Below are positions 9,232 through 18,158 of a stretch of 64,000 bases of DNA, piece by piece. The position numbers were made by a program, and so were the translations under genes. The stretch is from an uncultured Peptococcaceae bacterium. Its GTDB lineage: Bacteria; Bacillota; Dehalobacteriia; UBA7702. The stretch covers positions 11,528 to 75,527 of the forward strand of contig CAZWWH010000002.1 of the NCBI GenBank assembly GCA_964637365.1, read 5' to 3'. Position 1 is the stretch's first letter; every line of letters starts with the position of its first letter. A model generated the notes under the pieces. It was not told the origin of the DNA and did no database searches. It saw nothing but the letters and a program-made list of their open reading frames with translations.

Positions 9232-12102
9232 TTATGAGGGGACATCAGGATTTTTGTTAGGGCCACGCTTTTGTTTTTTATGGACAATCGTGGCGGTTAT
9301 GATAATGCCTGCTGCAAGTACAATGACTACAATAGAGCCAATGGCAATCCAACGGTGTTGCTCCCAGAATGATGTTAATTCTTCGGTAACACTATTATTA
9401 CCATGATCTGATTTGGTGTCATCGGTGTCTAACAGTGAACCTGCTTTGGCTCTTTTGGCAATAAAGTAATCACTACAATGCTCAATGATAAATTTCGTTG
9501 CTCCACCTTCGGCTGAAACTTTGTCAATAAATTCGGCCCTCATTTCTTCTGGTACGTAGTAAAAGAGGAGATATTTGCCGTCGGCTAATGATGTCTCCGG
9601 AATTTCAACCAAAGCTGGTCCTGGCATTTCACCTTCATGCATGAAGTGGATGATAAAAGGATCATCCGCTAGCTTACGGATGTTATCTTCGTTTTCACAA
9701 TCTTCTTTGCCAAAATAAATTTGCATATTAAAGTCCATGGGATTTTTGATGTCAGTGCCATTGAACGTAATGACGTAAGATTCCCCATTCTCAGTGGTAC
9801 CATCAAGCACCAAATTGATATTTTTTCCCTTAATTTCTTCAAATACTGATTTGGGTACTATGCCATTAGAAAAGTCGGCGCTGGTATACATGCGCCTTTT
9901 GCCGGAAACTTTCCTTTGAGAGAGAATATAGTCGCCTCCACGGTTTGCTTCGAACGTGGCTTGCATATTTTTGAGTGTTACTCCTACTTTTTCAAAGTCC
10001 TTTTTGGCTGCATTGTAGTAGTACATGGAGTATTTGCTTCCCGTTAAATCGACACTAATGGTGACGGTTGCCTTACCGGGGAATTCACCTTGGTGGGGGA
10101 AGTTCAGATAATAGGCGTCGGAAACAAAATCTCTAATTTCTTGTCCGTTGGCGGGAGTTGTCAGGATTCGGGCATCAAAATCCATGGGATTACTAATTTC
10201 TTTGCCTTTAAACGTGATGGTATATGCGTATTTATTATCGCACACACCTGTAATGGTATATTCCACATCTTTTCCGGAGATTAGTTCGAAAACCTCTTTG
10301 ATGACAATATTCTTTTTCAGGCCTTCGATAATTTTGCGGGCCAATAGTAAATCATCACTATGTTCCAGACTTTTTTGCTCTTTTTCTGAAAGCTTTAAAT
10401 AGCGCTGATAAAGAGCGTCTACCATGTTTTCATCGCTAAGTCTTATATTAATGGGATTGATAGATGCGGCAATATCTGCGTCCAATTTTTTTGCCGCATC
10501 GCTTATCGGATCGTCAGGATTATCCGAGGGATCGTTAATTTTGCTCAATTCTTTGATCTCGTCCAAAAGAATTTGCAGTTTACCGCGGTTGCTGATTTTT
10601 GACTTGTCGCTGCTGTTTAAGAGATTGTATTTTTGAGCGGTATCATAAATACTTTTAATATCTTCTTTCGTGGCGGTTTCCGGTAACTGCTCAATACTTT
10701 TGATGATGCTGTTAATTGTTTCTTCGGAACTGTTCGCTTCTTCTCTGAGATCGAAGAGGGGACGGAATCCATTGACAAAGCGGTAATATGCAACTAAGGC
10801 ATATCTTGCCTGGTCTGTTGCTATATGATTGCTTTCTCCAGCTGTTGCGTTGGAGCTGCCGTCTTTAGAGTAGGAATGAATAAAACCACCGTCTTTGCTG
10901 TTATAGTAGGCCAACAAGCCATCTAAAACAGTTTTTCCATTGTCAGTGATGAATCTTTGATCGCTAAGAGGATCGATCTGTAAGGAGCACAATGCCACCA
11001 GAACTTGAGCAGTGCTTTCTGCGTTGGGTACAGAAATGCTACCAAAGCCACCATCGTCTAGCTGCATTGCGGAAAGACGCGCCAATGCTTCGTCAACAAT
11101 GGTCTTGATCGTTTTCCCATTGGAATATACGGTAGTGGAGTCATAATAGGGAGCCAATGCCTGGAGTACCAAAGCAGTAATATCTGTATCACTGGAAGAA
11201 CTCGATAGAGCAAAACCGCCATCAGATAGTTGCTTAGATATCAAATATTCCAGAATCGCTTCTCTGGTTGTCGTAGCGTTTTCTGGAACCTCATATCGTT
11301 CGGAATCCAATGCGATTAAACCCCATGCCGCGCCATTAATACCTTGTTTCCACATGGGAGTCATGATACTCTGATAGATTCCGTCAGAAACTAAGTTTAC
11401 AGCGCTGCCATTTTTATCTTTCCCGAAGGATTTTGCATCTCTGCCCAAAGCGTTCAATGCCAAAATCGGACGGTGATAGTCGGTAGCTACGCGGTCACTC
11501 AGCCATCCTTTGGTTTGATAGGATTTGGTAACATAGGACTCAAGAGCCGTTAAGTAAGCTTCCGTGTCATCGGGATAACCAAATCTTGCAATGCCAAATG
11601 CCAGCCAATCGCAATCTGTGGTTCCGACACCAGCCAATGAACTTTCATTTAAGGCATAAAAGTTTTCCTGCTTTGACCAGTCAATCGTATTTTTAATGGC
11701 ATTTTCTAAATCATCGCTCAGATTGCGCACCGTACGTAGAGTGCCCGATAATTCCAATGATCCCTCTTCAACTGAACGATTATCGCCTTCCACAGTGGTG
11801 CTTTCAGATGATACGACACTGTGATCGATAATATTGTTGTAACCAGACAAAAATGTACGGAGCTGGAGTGATGTTACGCCTGCGCTATAAATATAGGCTT
11901 GGGAAGTACGTCCTGCCAGTTCGTCATAGCCCACATCCCAAATAAAATGTCCCCTTTGTGTCATGATTTGTTGCAGCGATTGGGCAGTAGTTGTGTCTTG
12001 GGTTTCTTCTTGATTGGATGATTCGTCATTTTTATCTCCACATCCCGTGAAAAAGAGACATAGCGCAAGACACAATACAACAATCAACGAGTGTTTTCTC
12101 AT
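9232..12102 (-). CDS. Large surface lipoprotein: alpha/alpha-toroid (prenyltransferase/terpene-cyclase-like) repeats + two tandem beta-domain repeats + C-terminal TM anchor
   Basis: Lipobox LFFTGCGD. Repeated Q/K.LsDGGF motifs (ISKQLSDGGFALS, AMQLDDGGFGS, YNSKDGGFIHS) typical of PF00432/SQHop-cyclase toroid repeats. Two ~140-aa internal repeats sharing ITF.G..I.NPMDF. C-terminal hydrophobic helix followed by KKQKRGP. RBS AGAGGGAG. Riboswitch directly upstream. Confidence 0.65.
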   Translation of the reverse strand: MRKHSLIVVLCLALCLFFTGCGDKNDESSNQEETQDTTTAQSLQQIMTQRGHFIWDVGYDELAGRTSQAYIYSAGVTSLQLRTFLSGYNNIIDHSVVSSESTTVEGDNRSVEEGSLELSGTLRTVRNLSDDLENAIKNTIDWSKQENFYALNESSLAGVGTTDCDWLAFGIARFGYPDDTEAYLTALESYVTKSYQTKGWLSDRVATDYHRPILALNALGRDAKSFGKDKNGSAVNLVSDGIYQSIMTPMWKQGINGAAWGLIALDSERYEVPENATTTREAILEYLISKQLSDGGFALSSSSSDTDITALVLQALAPYYDSTTVYSNGKTIKTIVDEALARLSAMQLDDGGFGSISVPNAESTAQVLVALCSLQIDPLSDQRFITDNGKTVLDGLLAYYNSKDGGFIHSYSKDGSSNATAGESNHIATDQARYALVAYYRFVNGFRPLFDLREEANSSEETINSIIKSIEQLPETATKEDIKSIYDTAQKYNLLNSSDKSKISNRGKLQILLDEIKELSKINDPSDNPDDPISDAAKKLDADIAASINPINIRLSDENMVDALYQRYLKLSEKEQKSLEHSDDLLLARKIIEGLKKNIVIKEVFELISGKDVEYTITGVCDNKYAYTITFKGKEISNPMDFDARILTTPANGQEIRDFVSDAYYLNFPHQGEFPGKATVTISVDLTGSKYSMYYYNAAKKDFEKVGVTLKNMQATFEANRGGDYILSQRKVSGKRRMYTSADFSNGIVPKSVFEEIKGKNINLVLDGTTENGESYVITFNGTDIKNPMDFNMQIYFGKEDCENEDNIRKLADDPFIIHFMHEGEMPGPALVEIPETSLADGKYLLFYYVPEEMRAEFIDKVSAEGGATKFIIEHCSDYFIAKRAKAGSLLDTDDTKSDHGNNSVTEELTSFWEQHRWIAIGSIVVIVLAAGIIITATIVHKKQKRGPNKNPDVPS

Positions 12103-12214
12103 TTTTTCTCCCTCTTTCAGTCTACCAACACTTGTTTGGCGCTGAATATGATCCTTTTGCGTAATTGTTTACGTGAGCGCTATAATTCTCGGCACGAATC
12201 ATGGAGCGCTTCCA

Positions 12215-12476
12215 TATAAATATAAAAGGGTATGGTAAAAAACCATACCCTTTCGCAATCGAATAGAATTCCAGTGATTCCAAATTTGAATACCTAAATT
12301 TTACAAATCTAGCAAATTCGAATCAAAGATACACCAGATTAACCTTTCTTCAGAAGGCATGGTAAGGTCAACCAAATGTTTTCTGGCTCATGCTAAAACG
12401 CAATCACAGTGGCCGGACCGCTGAGGAATCGCACCTCATTACCATTTTGATTACCTGTTACAATATCAAATTATCT
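12215..12476 (-). promoter_or_regulatory. Cobalamin riboswitch with intrinsic terminator (controls the 956-aa lipoprotein gene)
   Basis: Minus-strand core GGTAATGAGGTGCGATTCCTCAGCGGTCCGGCCACTGTGATTGCG. B12-box-like GAGCCAGAAAAC. Terminator AAGGGTATGGT-ttttt-ACCATACCCTT + TTTTAT (plus 12221-12260). Confidence 0.65.
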
Positions 12477-12482
12477 TAAAAT

Positions 12483-12511
12483 ATTATAATAATACTTGTA
12501 TAAAAAGTCAA
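12483..12511 (-). promoter_or_regulatory. Sigma70 promoter (TTGACT-17-TATAAT) for riboswitch c
   Basis: Near-consensus hexamers with a 17-nt spacer on the minus strand. Confidence 0.5.
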
Positions 12512-12604
12512 TACGAATGGGGGTATGGGTATTGGTCAGCGTTAAGAAAAGGAGGGATTTCCCTCCTTTTCTGTTCTATTAGAAGTATAATACATGGACC
12601 TTAA

Positions 12605-13351
12605 TTAAAGAGTATCTTCCATCCAACTCCCGCCTGGCAGATCTCTGCCTAAATCACAGGTATAATTCCATTCAATCACGTCGCCGGCCTGGACTTGATA
12701 ACGGCTGCAGCCATAATTGGGATACCAACTATTAACACAATACATCCAACCGCTCAAATCGCCACAATCAAATTCATATAAATTATTGATGCCTTCGATA
12801 TATGTGGATCCATACATTGGCGTCCAACTATATTCCATATGGATTTTATTATTCTTAGTTTCGCGAAGAAGGATATCAAAGACAGATTCTCCTTCATAGA
12901 ATGTTACGGTTCTGCGAGAAAGAATTACGCCATCGGAGGGGACAAGGCCTTTTTTGTTAGGGTCTAAATCCTCCATGTTGTCAAGAATGGTGGAGCATTT
13001 AATTGATAATGTACACTTAAGGGATTTCGATTTATCGATTTTTTGGTTTTCAGTATCAACAGGTTTGGGCTTTCCTTCAGGAATCGGGTCCGTGTTGTAT
13101 TTGTCCTTCTGGGAATCAGCATCATAGTTGGTGCTGCTTTCAGCCTTTGAGTATTTGTCATAATCGGTGCTGCTTTCATCAACGTCATCGACGTCAATAT
13201 AGCCATCATCATCTGCTTCTGGCTGGGTTTCTGTTGCCGCAACTTCCTTTTCATTTTTGTCTGCGGATTTATCATCTCCGCAAGCGGTGAGCATTAATCC
13301 CAAACTCAGCATCATAATGAGCAGTAGCATGAATATACTTTTTCGCTTCAT
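12605..13351 (-). CDS. Acidic lipoprotein with C-terminal DUF4430 (transcobalamin-like beta) domain
   Basis: Lipobox LMLTACGDD. Long D/E/S-rich low-complexity linker. C-terminal DUF4430-type motif GDLSGWMYCVNSWYPNYGCSRYQVQAGDVIEWNYTCDLGRDLPG. RBS AAAGGAGGAG before the ATG at 13351. Confidence 0.65.
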   Translation of the reverse strand: MKRKSIFMLLLIMMLSLGLMLTACGDDKSADKNEKEVAATETQPEADDDGYIDVDDVDESSTDYDKYSKAESSTNYDADSQKDKYNTDPIPEGKPKPVDTENQKIDKSKSLKCTLSIKCSTILDNMEDLDPNKKGLVPSDGVILSRRTVTFYEGESVFDILLRETKNNKIHMEYSWTPMYGSTYIEGINNLYEFDCGDLSGWMYCVNSWYPNYGCSRYQVQAGDVIEWNYTCDLGRDLPGGSWMEDTL

Positions 13352-13889
13352 TTTCTGACTCCTCCTTTTATTTTTGCCGTTTCTTATAAAAAAACACAGT
13401 CCTTTCGGTATCTGTGCCAAATGGTCACAGGCACAGAGTAATCACATTTGACATAAAATCAAATGTTTGATATCACCTTGTGCCGATCAGTGACGTCCGT
13501 ATTTCTTTATGATTTAATTTTAACCATTCAGGTCAAAAATGTCAATGGCGAGTGATTGCTATCTCGTAGAAAATTAGCTTTGGGTGATAACAAATTGGAA
13601 TCACCCGCGCGTTGACAAAAAACGGAAATATGCTATTCTTGTCTCATTGAAAGGGACGAACGTATATATTTAAGGTGCCATTATTGTTTCATACTGTGAT
13701 AATGCCGATATCTCAGTATGAAATGGCGCCGAATGATATTTAATAAGGAGGGTCGAGGTAATTTATTGATTTCTTTTAATTGGCGCGCCGAGATTAAGGA
13801 AGTCGTTGCCACATGGATTTATGAGATGTGGCGAGTTTTGTGTTTAGCAGTAAAAGCACCGGCTATGATATTAAGAAAGGTATTATATT

Positions 13890-15158
13890 ATGAAATTAAA
13901 AAGAGTTTTTTGTTGCATTGTCATGATCGGGGCAATGCTGATTTTTGGTTCTTTGGCTGCAATGGCTGCCAACATGGAATCCCCCGTTGAAAAGTTCAAG
14001 GATATTGATACAAAAGCATGGTATATTGATGATGTGGAATATGTTTATGAAAACGGTATTATGAATGGGATGTCCGATACCATGTTTGGGCCAAATCTAG
14101 CGGTGACCCGAGGCCAGTTTGTGACTATGTTGGGACGTCTTGTAGAGATTGATGATTCCAGTTTGGAATCACCCCAAAATACTATTTTTAGTGATGTAAA
14201 ACCGACGTCTTATTATGCATCCCATATTGCGTGGGCTACCGAGTACGGTATTGTCAATGGTATGTCCAGTACAACCTTTGCTCCGGAACAAAAAGTAACC
14301 CGAGAACAAATGGCTACCATGATGGCACGTTTTTCCAAGGTATTCCAAATCTATATTCCTACCAAAGCAGATACCGCCTTTGCTGATGATGCTGCGATCA
14401 GTAAGTATGCGAAGGAAGCGGTATACGGCTTAAAAAATATCGGAATCCTTGATGGTGTTGGCAAAAATATTTTTGACCCCAAGGGGGCTACCACCCGTGC
14501 TGCCGCTGCCAAAGTGATGCACTATTATATGGAATATGAACCTGCTGATACCGCAGTCGTTTCTATTGAAAAATTCACATTGGGTCAGGGGTATATTTTA
14601 GAACCCACGGTTGTTCCTCTTAATAATGAAGCTACGGCTGATAGTGTTCTTCGTGCCGCGGCCAAGGAAGTTGGTATTGATTTGAAGTTCCATGAAAAAT
14701 CTGGTTATCTTACTTTTGTAAAAGATGAGTGCAATGCTCCTCTGAAGATACCTGATTTTATTGCTGATGAGATGGCAAAAGACGAAGTGACGGTTGATAA
14801 TCGTGCAGATGACGCATGGCTTGGTGAATATGATTATACTGCTCAAGCCGGTTGGCTGTATTGGCATAATAATGCCACGGCTTCTACTACTGCTAATCAG
14901 TGTGCCGTCAGCGATGGCGATGTGGTACGTTTCCAATTTTCCATTAGCGGATGGGGTGCTGACTTGGGACGCAGTGATGCTTGGACCGTTGCCTATCGTG
15001 AGTCTGCTAATAAGGATGAATTGATGAAAGCAGTTGCCTGGGCAAATGATACCCAAAGCGAAGCATACGCCAATGCACTGAAAGTGCTCACGAATATCGA
15101 AAGTAGTCAAGAAGCGGTTGACGCGGCCCTAGCTGCCATGCCCTTACTTGCAGATTAA
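13890..15158 (+). CDS. Surface protein: signal peptide + 3x SLH + C-terminal DUF4430 domain
   Basis: Signal peptide with AMAAN cleavage site. Three SLH repeats. DUF4430-type motif GEYDYTAQAGWLYWHNN...VSDGDVVRFQFSISGWGADLG. Paralogous to the C-terminal part of the DUF4430 region in the 6956 gene. Confidence 0.7.
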   Translation: MKLKRVFCCIVMIGAMLIFGSLAAMAANMESPVEKFKDIDTKAWYIDDVEYVYENGIMNGMSDTMFGPNLAVTRGQFVTMLGRLVEIDDSSLESPQNTIFSDVKPTSYYASHIAWATEYGIVNGMSSTTFAPEQKVTREQMATMMARFSKVFQIYIPTKADTAFADDAAISKYAKEAVYGLKNIGILDGVGKNIFDPKGATTRAAAAKVMHYYMEYEPADTAVVSIEKFTLGQGYILEPTVVPLNNEATADSVLRAAAKEVGIDLKFHEKSGYLTFVKDECNAPLKIPDFIADEMAKDEVTVDNRADDAWLGEYDYTAQAGWLYWHNNATASTTANQCAVSDGDVVRFQFSISGWGADLGRSDAWTVAYRESANKDELMKAVAWANDTQSEAYANALKVLTNIESSQEAVDAALAAMPLLAD

Positions 15159-15178
15159 GCAGGAAAGAGGGAATATCT

Positions 15179-15601
15179 ATGGCAAAAATTACTGATGAAG
15201 TTTTGAATGAAATCCGTGCCAGAGCCAAGGAACTGCAACGTGCTCCTATGAAAGCTGAGATGAAGCAAAAGAGATCATACTATGGCGGTTGGAATCATGC
15301 CGTAACCCTCGCTGGTTTATGTCCTTATGATGGTCATCGTCGGGATGAAATCCGTCCTCCTATGAATGGGAAAGAATACACCAATTCCGAGCTATTGTCT
15401 TTTGTGCGTCAGGCAGCAAAAAACAATATTGCTCCGCAAAAACGTGATGTGCCGGAATATCCCTTTATTGAATACCGCTTTGGTCCTTGGGCTAAATTGA
15501 TGAAAAAAATGGGTTATCGTTATTTAAGAGAAGAACAGTCTGATCCGCGTCCTTCCTGGGTGCATACGATTCAGCGGTCAAGAGATGAGAGATTGGCCTA
15601 G
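15179..15601 (+). CDS. Hypothetical cytoplasmic protein (140 aa), co-oriented with the SLH-DUF4430 gene
   Basis: ORF with RBS GAAAGAGGGA, 20 nt after the upstream stop. No recognisable family. Confidence 0.4.
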   Translation: MAKITDEVLNEIRARAKELQRAPMKAEMKQKRSYYGGWNHAVTLAGLCPYDGHRRDEIRPPMNGKEYTNSELLSFVRQAAKNNIAPQKRDVPEYPFIEYRFGPWAKLMKKMGYRYLREEQSDPRPSWVHTIQRSRDERLA

Positions 15602-15605
15602 GCTC

Positions 15606-15652
15606 TAAGCTTTATAAGAAACAGGAGATACCTTAAGGTATCTCCTGTTTTT
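15606..15652. terminator. Bidirectional intrinsic terminator
   Basis: AACAGGAGATACC-ttaa-GGTATCTCCTGTT + TTTT, between convergent genes. Confidence 0.65.
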
Positions 15653-15722
15653 GGGTTTGCATAGAAACTTTCTGCTTGGTCAAGGGCTTGCGGCAGAGAA
15701 AGCAGAAAGAAAAGAATTTTCA

Positions 15723-16910
15723 TTATGGATCCATCATACCGTATTTTTTTTTGACACGGTCTAACTTTTCTATCATTGGTTTTGAGAGAATCCAAAGAAA
15801 GAAAAAGGTGGCGACACCATGAACTGCATCAACGGGAATACCTGAAAGATATATGGCCAATGCCCCAGTTTTTTCCGTATTTGTTGTTAGAACTGTCCAT
15901 GTGTTTAATAGCAGCCCATAAATTACTTGTGCGCAGAAATAACCGAAAAAGCAAAGTGGAAGCCGTTTCTTAGAAAGCCAGCCTTTTTTGAATAACACCC
16001 CGGCCAAAAAGCCAATGATACCAAAGGCAAACATTTGCCACGGCGTCCAAGGGCCTTGACCAAAGAAAAAGTTCGAAACAAAAGCCGTCATCGCACCGCA
16101 GAGAAATCCCGCCTCAGCACCCAAACAAACACCGGAAATGGCAACAATTGCCCAAATTGGTTTTACATAGGGAAACATAAAGAAAGCTGCCCGTCCTAAG
16201 ATGGCGATTCCCACCATAACAGCGATGACTACCAGCTCTCTAGCTTCAGGCTTGCGCTGTTCAAAGATCATGAAGAAAGGGATCATCGTTTCAATGATAA
16301 TCATCAAACTGATAAAGTAGTATTGACGGTCATTCATAAAGAGGATGCCAAAAGCAATGGTAGCGGGGATAACCACTAGAATAAGGAGTGCAGCCATAGC
16401 CAAACGCTTCTTAACCCGGCGTATTAGAAGCACCATGAAAGCTACCAATAACGCTACGACCATAGCGATACACCCCTGTCCCATGACAAAGGTTGCTTTT
16501 GGATCTACCTGAGTTTTTATGACATGGGAAACATAAAAGTATGTGATAAAAACGAATACTACAGCTAAAATGGAACTGAAAAAGGTCCAGATGGTATTAT
16601 CACTATTTTTTGTAGCTTTGTTCTTGTTAAAAAGCATGGCCAGGCCAAAGGCCATGGTAATGGTGGTGGCCAATCCCATAATTCTAATGACTGAGATAAG
16701 GGATTTCGCTGTTTCCGGAATTGCTTTTGCAATATCGGATTTATAGAACTTAGTTATAAAATTATAGAGACTGAAGGTAATGGTCTGGTTATCCGCCGTT
16801 ACAGTAATAAAGGGCATTGCTACGCAGACCAGAGCCACGATCAAGGCTGTGCGGGCGATTTCCTTTATGGTATGATTTTCATTTATTTTGTCTGTAAGTT
16901 CTGCTTGCAT
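15723..16910 (-). CDS. ECF-transporter S-component-like polytopic membrane protein, paralog 2 (~11 TM)
   Basis: About 11 predicted TM helices. First 295 codons are nucleotide-identical to the upstream paralog. C-terminal ~100 aa diverge. Last gene of the riboswitch-controlled ECF operon. Confidence 0.55.
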   Translation of the reverse strand: MQAELTDKINENHTIKEIARTALIVALVCVAMPFITVTADNQTITFSLYNFITKFYKSDIAKAIPETAKSLISVIRIMGLATTITMAFGLAMLFNKNKATKNSDNTIWTFFSSILAVVFVFITYFYVSHVIKTQVDPKATFVMGQGCIAMVVALLVAFMVLLIRRVKKRLAMAALLILVVIPATIAFGILFMNDRQYYFISLMIIIETMIPFFMIFEQRKPEARELVVIAVMVGIAILGRAAFFMFPYVKPIWAIVAISGVCLGAEAGFLCGAMTAFVSNFFFGQGPWTPWQMFAFGIIGFLAGVLFKKGWLSKKRLPLCFFGYFCAQVIYGLLLNTWTVLTTNTEKTGALAIYLSGIPVDAVHGVATFFFLWILSKPMIEKLDRVKKKYGMMDP

Positions 16911-16930
16911 AATTCCACGACATCCTCATT
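16027..16930 (-). repeat. Copy B of a ~0.9 kb 100%-identical tandem direct repeat (gene-conversion tract)
   Basis: Identical to 17255-18158, including 20 nt upstream of the start codon. Confidence 0.8.
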
Positions 16931-16944
16931 TATATATTAAAATA

Positions 16945-18138
16945 TTATGATTCCATCATACCGTATTTCTTTTTGATGCGATCTAATTTTTCTATCATTG
17001 GTTTTGAGAGAACCCATAGAAAAAAGAAGGTGGAAATTCCGTAAACCATGTTGACGGGAAAGCCTGAAATATAATAGGCTAAGGGACCTGTGGTGCTAGT
17101 ATCAAAAGCTAAAGTGAAAATTGTACAGGTATCCATAATGAGCCCATAGACAATTAATGCACTAAAAAAGCCAAAGATGCAAAGTGGAAGCCGCTTCTTA
17201 GAAAGCCAGCCTTTTTTAAAGAATATGCCTGCCAAGAAGCCAATAAGCCCTAATGCAAACATTTGCCACGGCGTCCAAGGGCCTTGACCAAAGAAAAAGT
17301 TCGAAACAAAAGCCGTCATCGCACCGCAGAGAAATCCCGCCTCAGCACCCAAACAAACACCGGAAATGGCAACAATTGCCCAAATTGGTTTTACATAGGG
17401 AAACATAAAGAAAGCTGCCCGTCCTAAGATGGCGATTCCCACCATAACAGCGATGACTACCAGCTCTCTAGCTTCAGGCTTGCGCTGTTCAAAGATCATG
17501 AAGAAAGGGATCATCGTTTCAATGATAATCATCAAACTGATAAAGTAGTATTGACGGTCATTCATAAAGAGGATGCCAAAAGCAATGGTAGCGGGGATAA
17601 CCACTAGAATAAGGAGTGCAGCCATAGCCAAACGCTTCTTAACCCGGCGTATTAGAAGCACCATGAAAGCTACCAATAACGCTACGACCATAGCGATACA
17701 CCCCTGTCCCATGACAAAGGTTGCTTTTGGATCTACCTGAGTTTTTATGACATGGGAAACATAAAAGTATGTGATAAAAACGAATACTACAGCTAAAATG
17801 GAACTGAAAAAGGTCCAGATGGTATTATCACTATTTTTTGTAGCTTTGTTCTTGTTAAAAAGCATGGCCAGGCCAAAGGCCATGGTAATGGTGGTGGCCA
17901 ATCCCATAATTCTAATGACTGAGATAAGGGATTTCGCTGTTTCCGGAATTGCTTTTGCAATATCGGATTTATAGAACTTAGTTATAAAATTATAGAGACT
18001 GAAGGTAATGGTCTGGTTATCCGCCGTTACAGTAATAAAGGGCATTGCTACGCAGACCAGAGCCACGATCAAGGCTGTGCGGGCGATTTCCTTTATGGTA
18101 TGATTTTCATTTATTTTGTCTGTAAATTCTGCTTGCAT
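16945..18138 (-). CDS. ECF-transporter S-component-like polytopic membrane protein, paralog 1 (~11 TM)
   Basis: Same architecture as paralog 2. Start overlaps the ecfA 3' end by 28 nt, implying translational coupling. The C-terminal half (ARELVVIAVMVGIAILGRAAF..., GQGPWTPWQ) resembles ECF S-components. Confidence 0.55.
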   Translation of the reverse strand: MQAEFTDKINENHTIKEIARTALIVALVCVAMPFITVTADNQTITFSLYNFITKFYKSDIAKAIPETAKSLISVIRIMGLATTITMAFGLAMLFNKNKATKNSDNTIWTFFSSILAVVFVFITYFYVSHVIKTQVDPKATFVMGQGCIAMVVALLVAFMVLLIRRVKKRLAMAALLILVVIPATIAFGILFMNDRQYYFISLMIIIETMIPFFMIFEQRKPEARELVVIAVMVGIAILGRAAFFMFPYVKPIWAIVAISGVCLGAEAGFLCGAMTAFVSNFFFGQGPWTPWQMFALGLIGFLAGIFFKKGWLSKKRLPLCIFGFFSALIVYGLIMDTCTIFTLAFDTSTTGPLAYYISGFPVNMVYGISTFFFLWVLSKPMIEKLDRIKKKYGMMES

Positions 18139-18158
18139 AATTCCACGACATCCTCATT
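17255..18158 (-). repeat. Copy A of the ~0.9 kb 100%-identical tandem direct repeat
   Basis: Identical to 16027-16930. Its upstream 20 nt lie inside the ecfA coding 3' end. Confidence 0.8.

Noticed and set aside
13718-13990. 90-aa plus-strand ORF overlapping the start of the SLH-DUF4430 gene
   Set aside because: It is out of frame with a gene that has a clear signal peptide and start. It lies inside a structured leader and is likely spurious. A leader peptide was considered but there is no RBS.
16543-17974. Two identical 67-aa plus-strand ORFs (16543-16746 and 17771-17974)
   Set aside because: They are antisense shadows of the duplicated membrane-protein genes. Their identity simply reflects the 0.9 kb identical tract.
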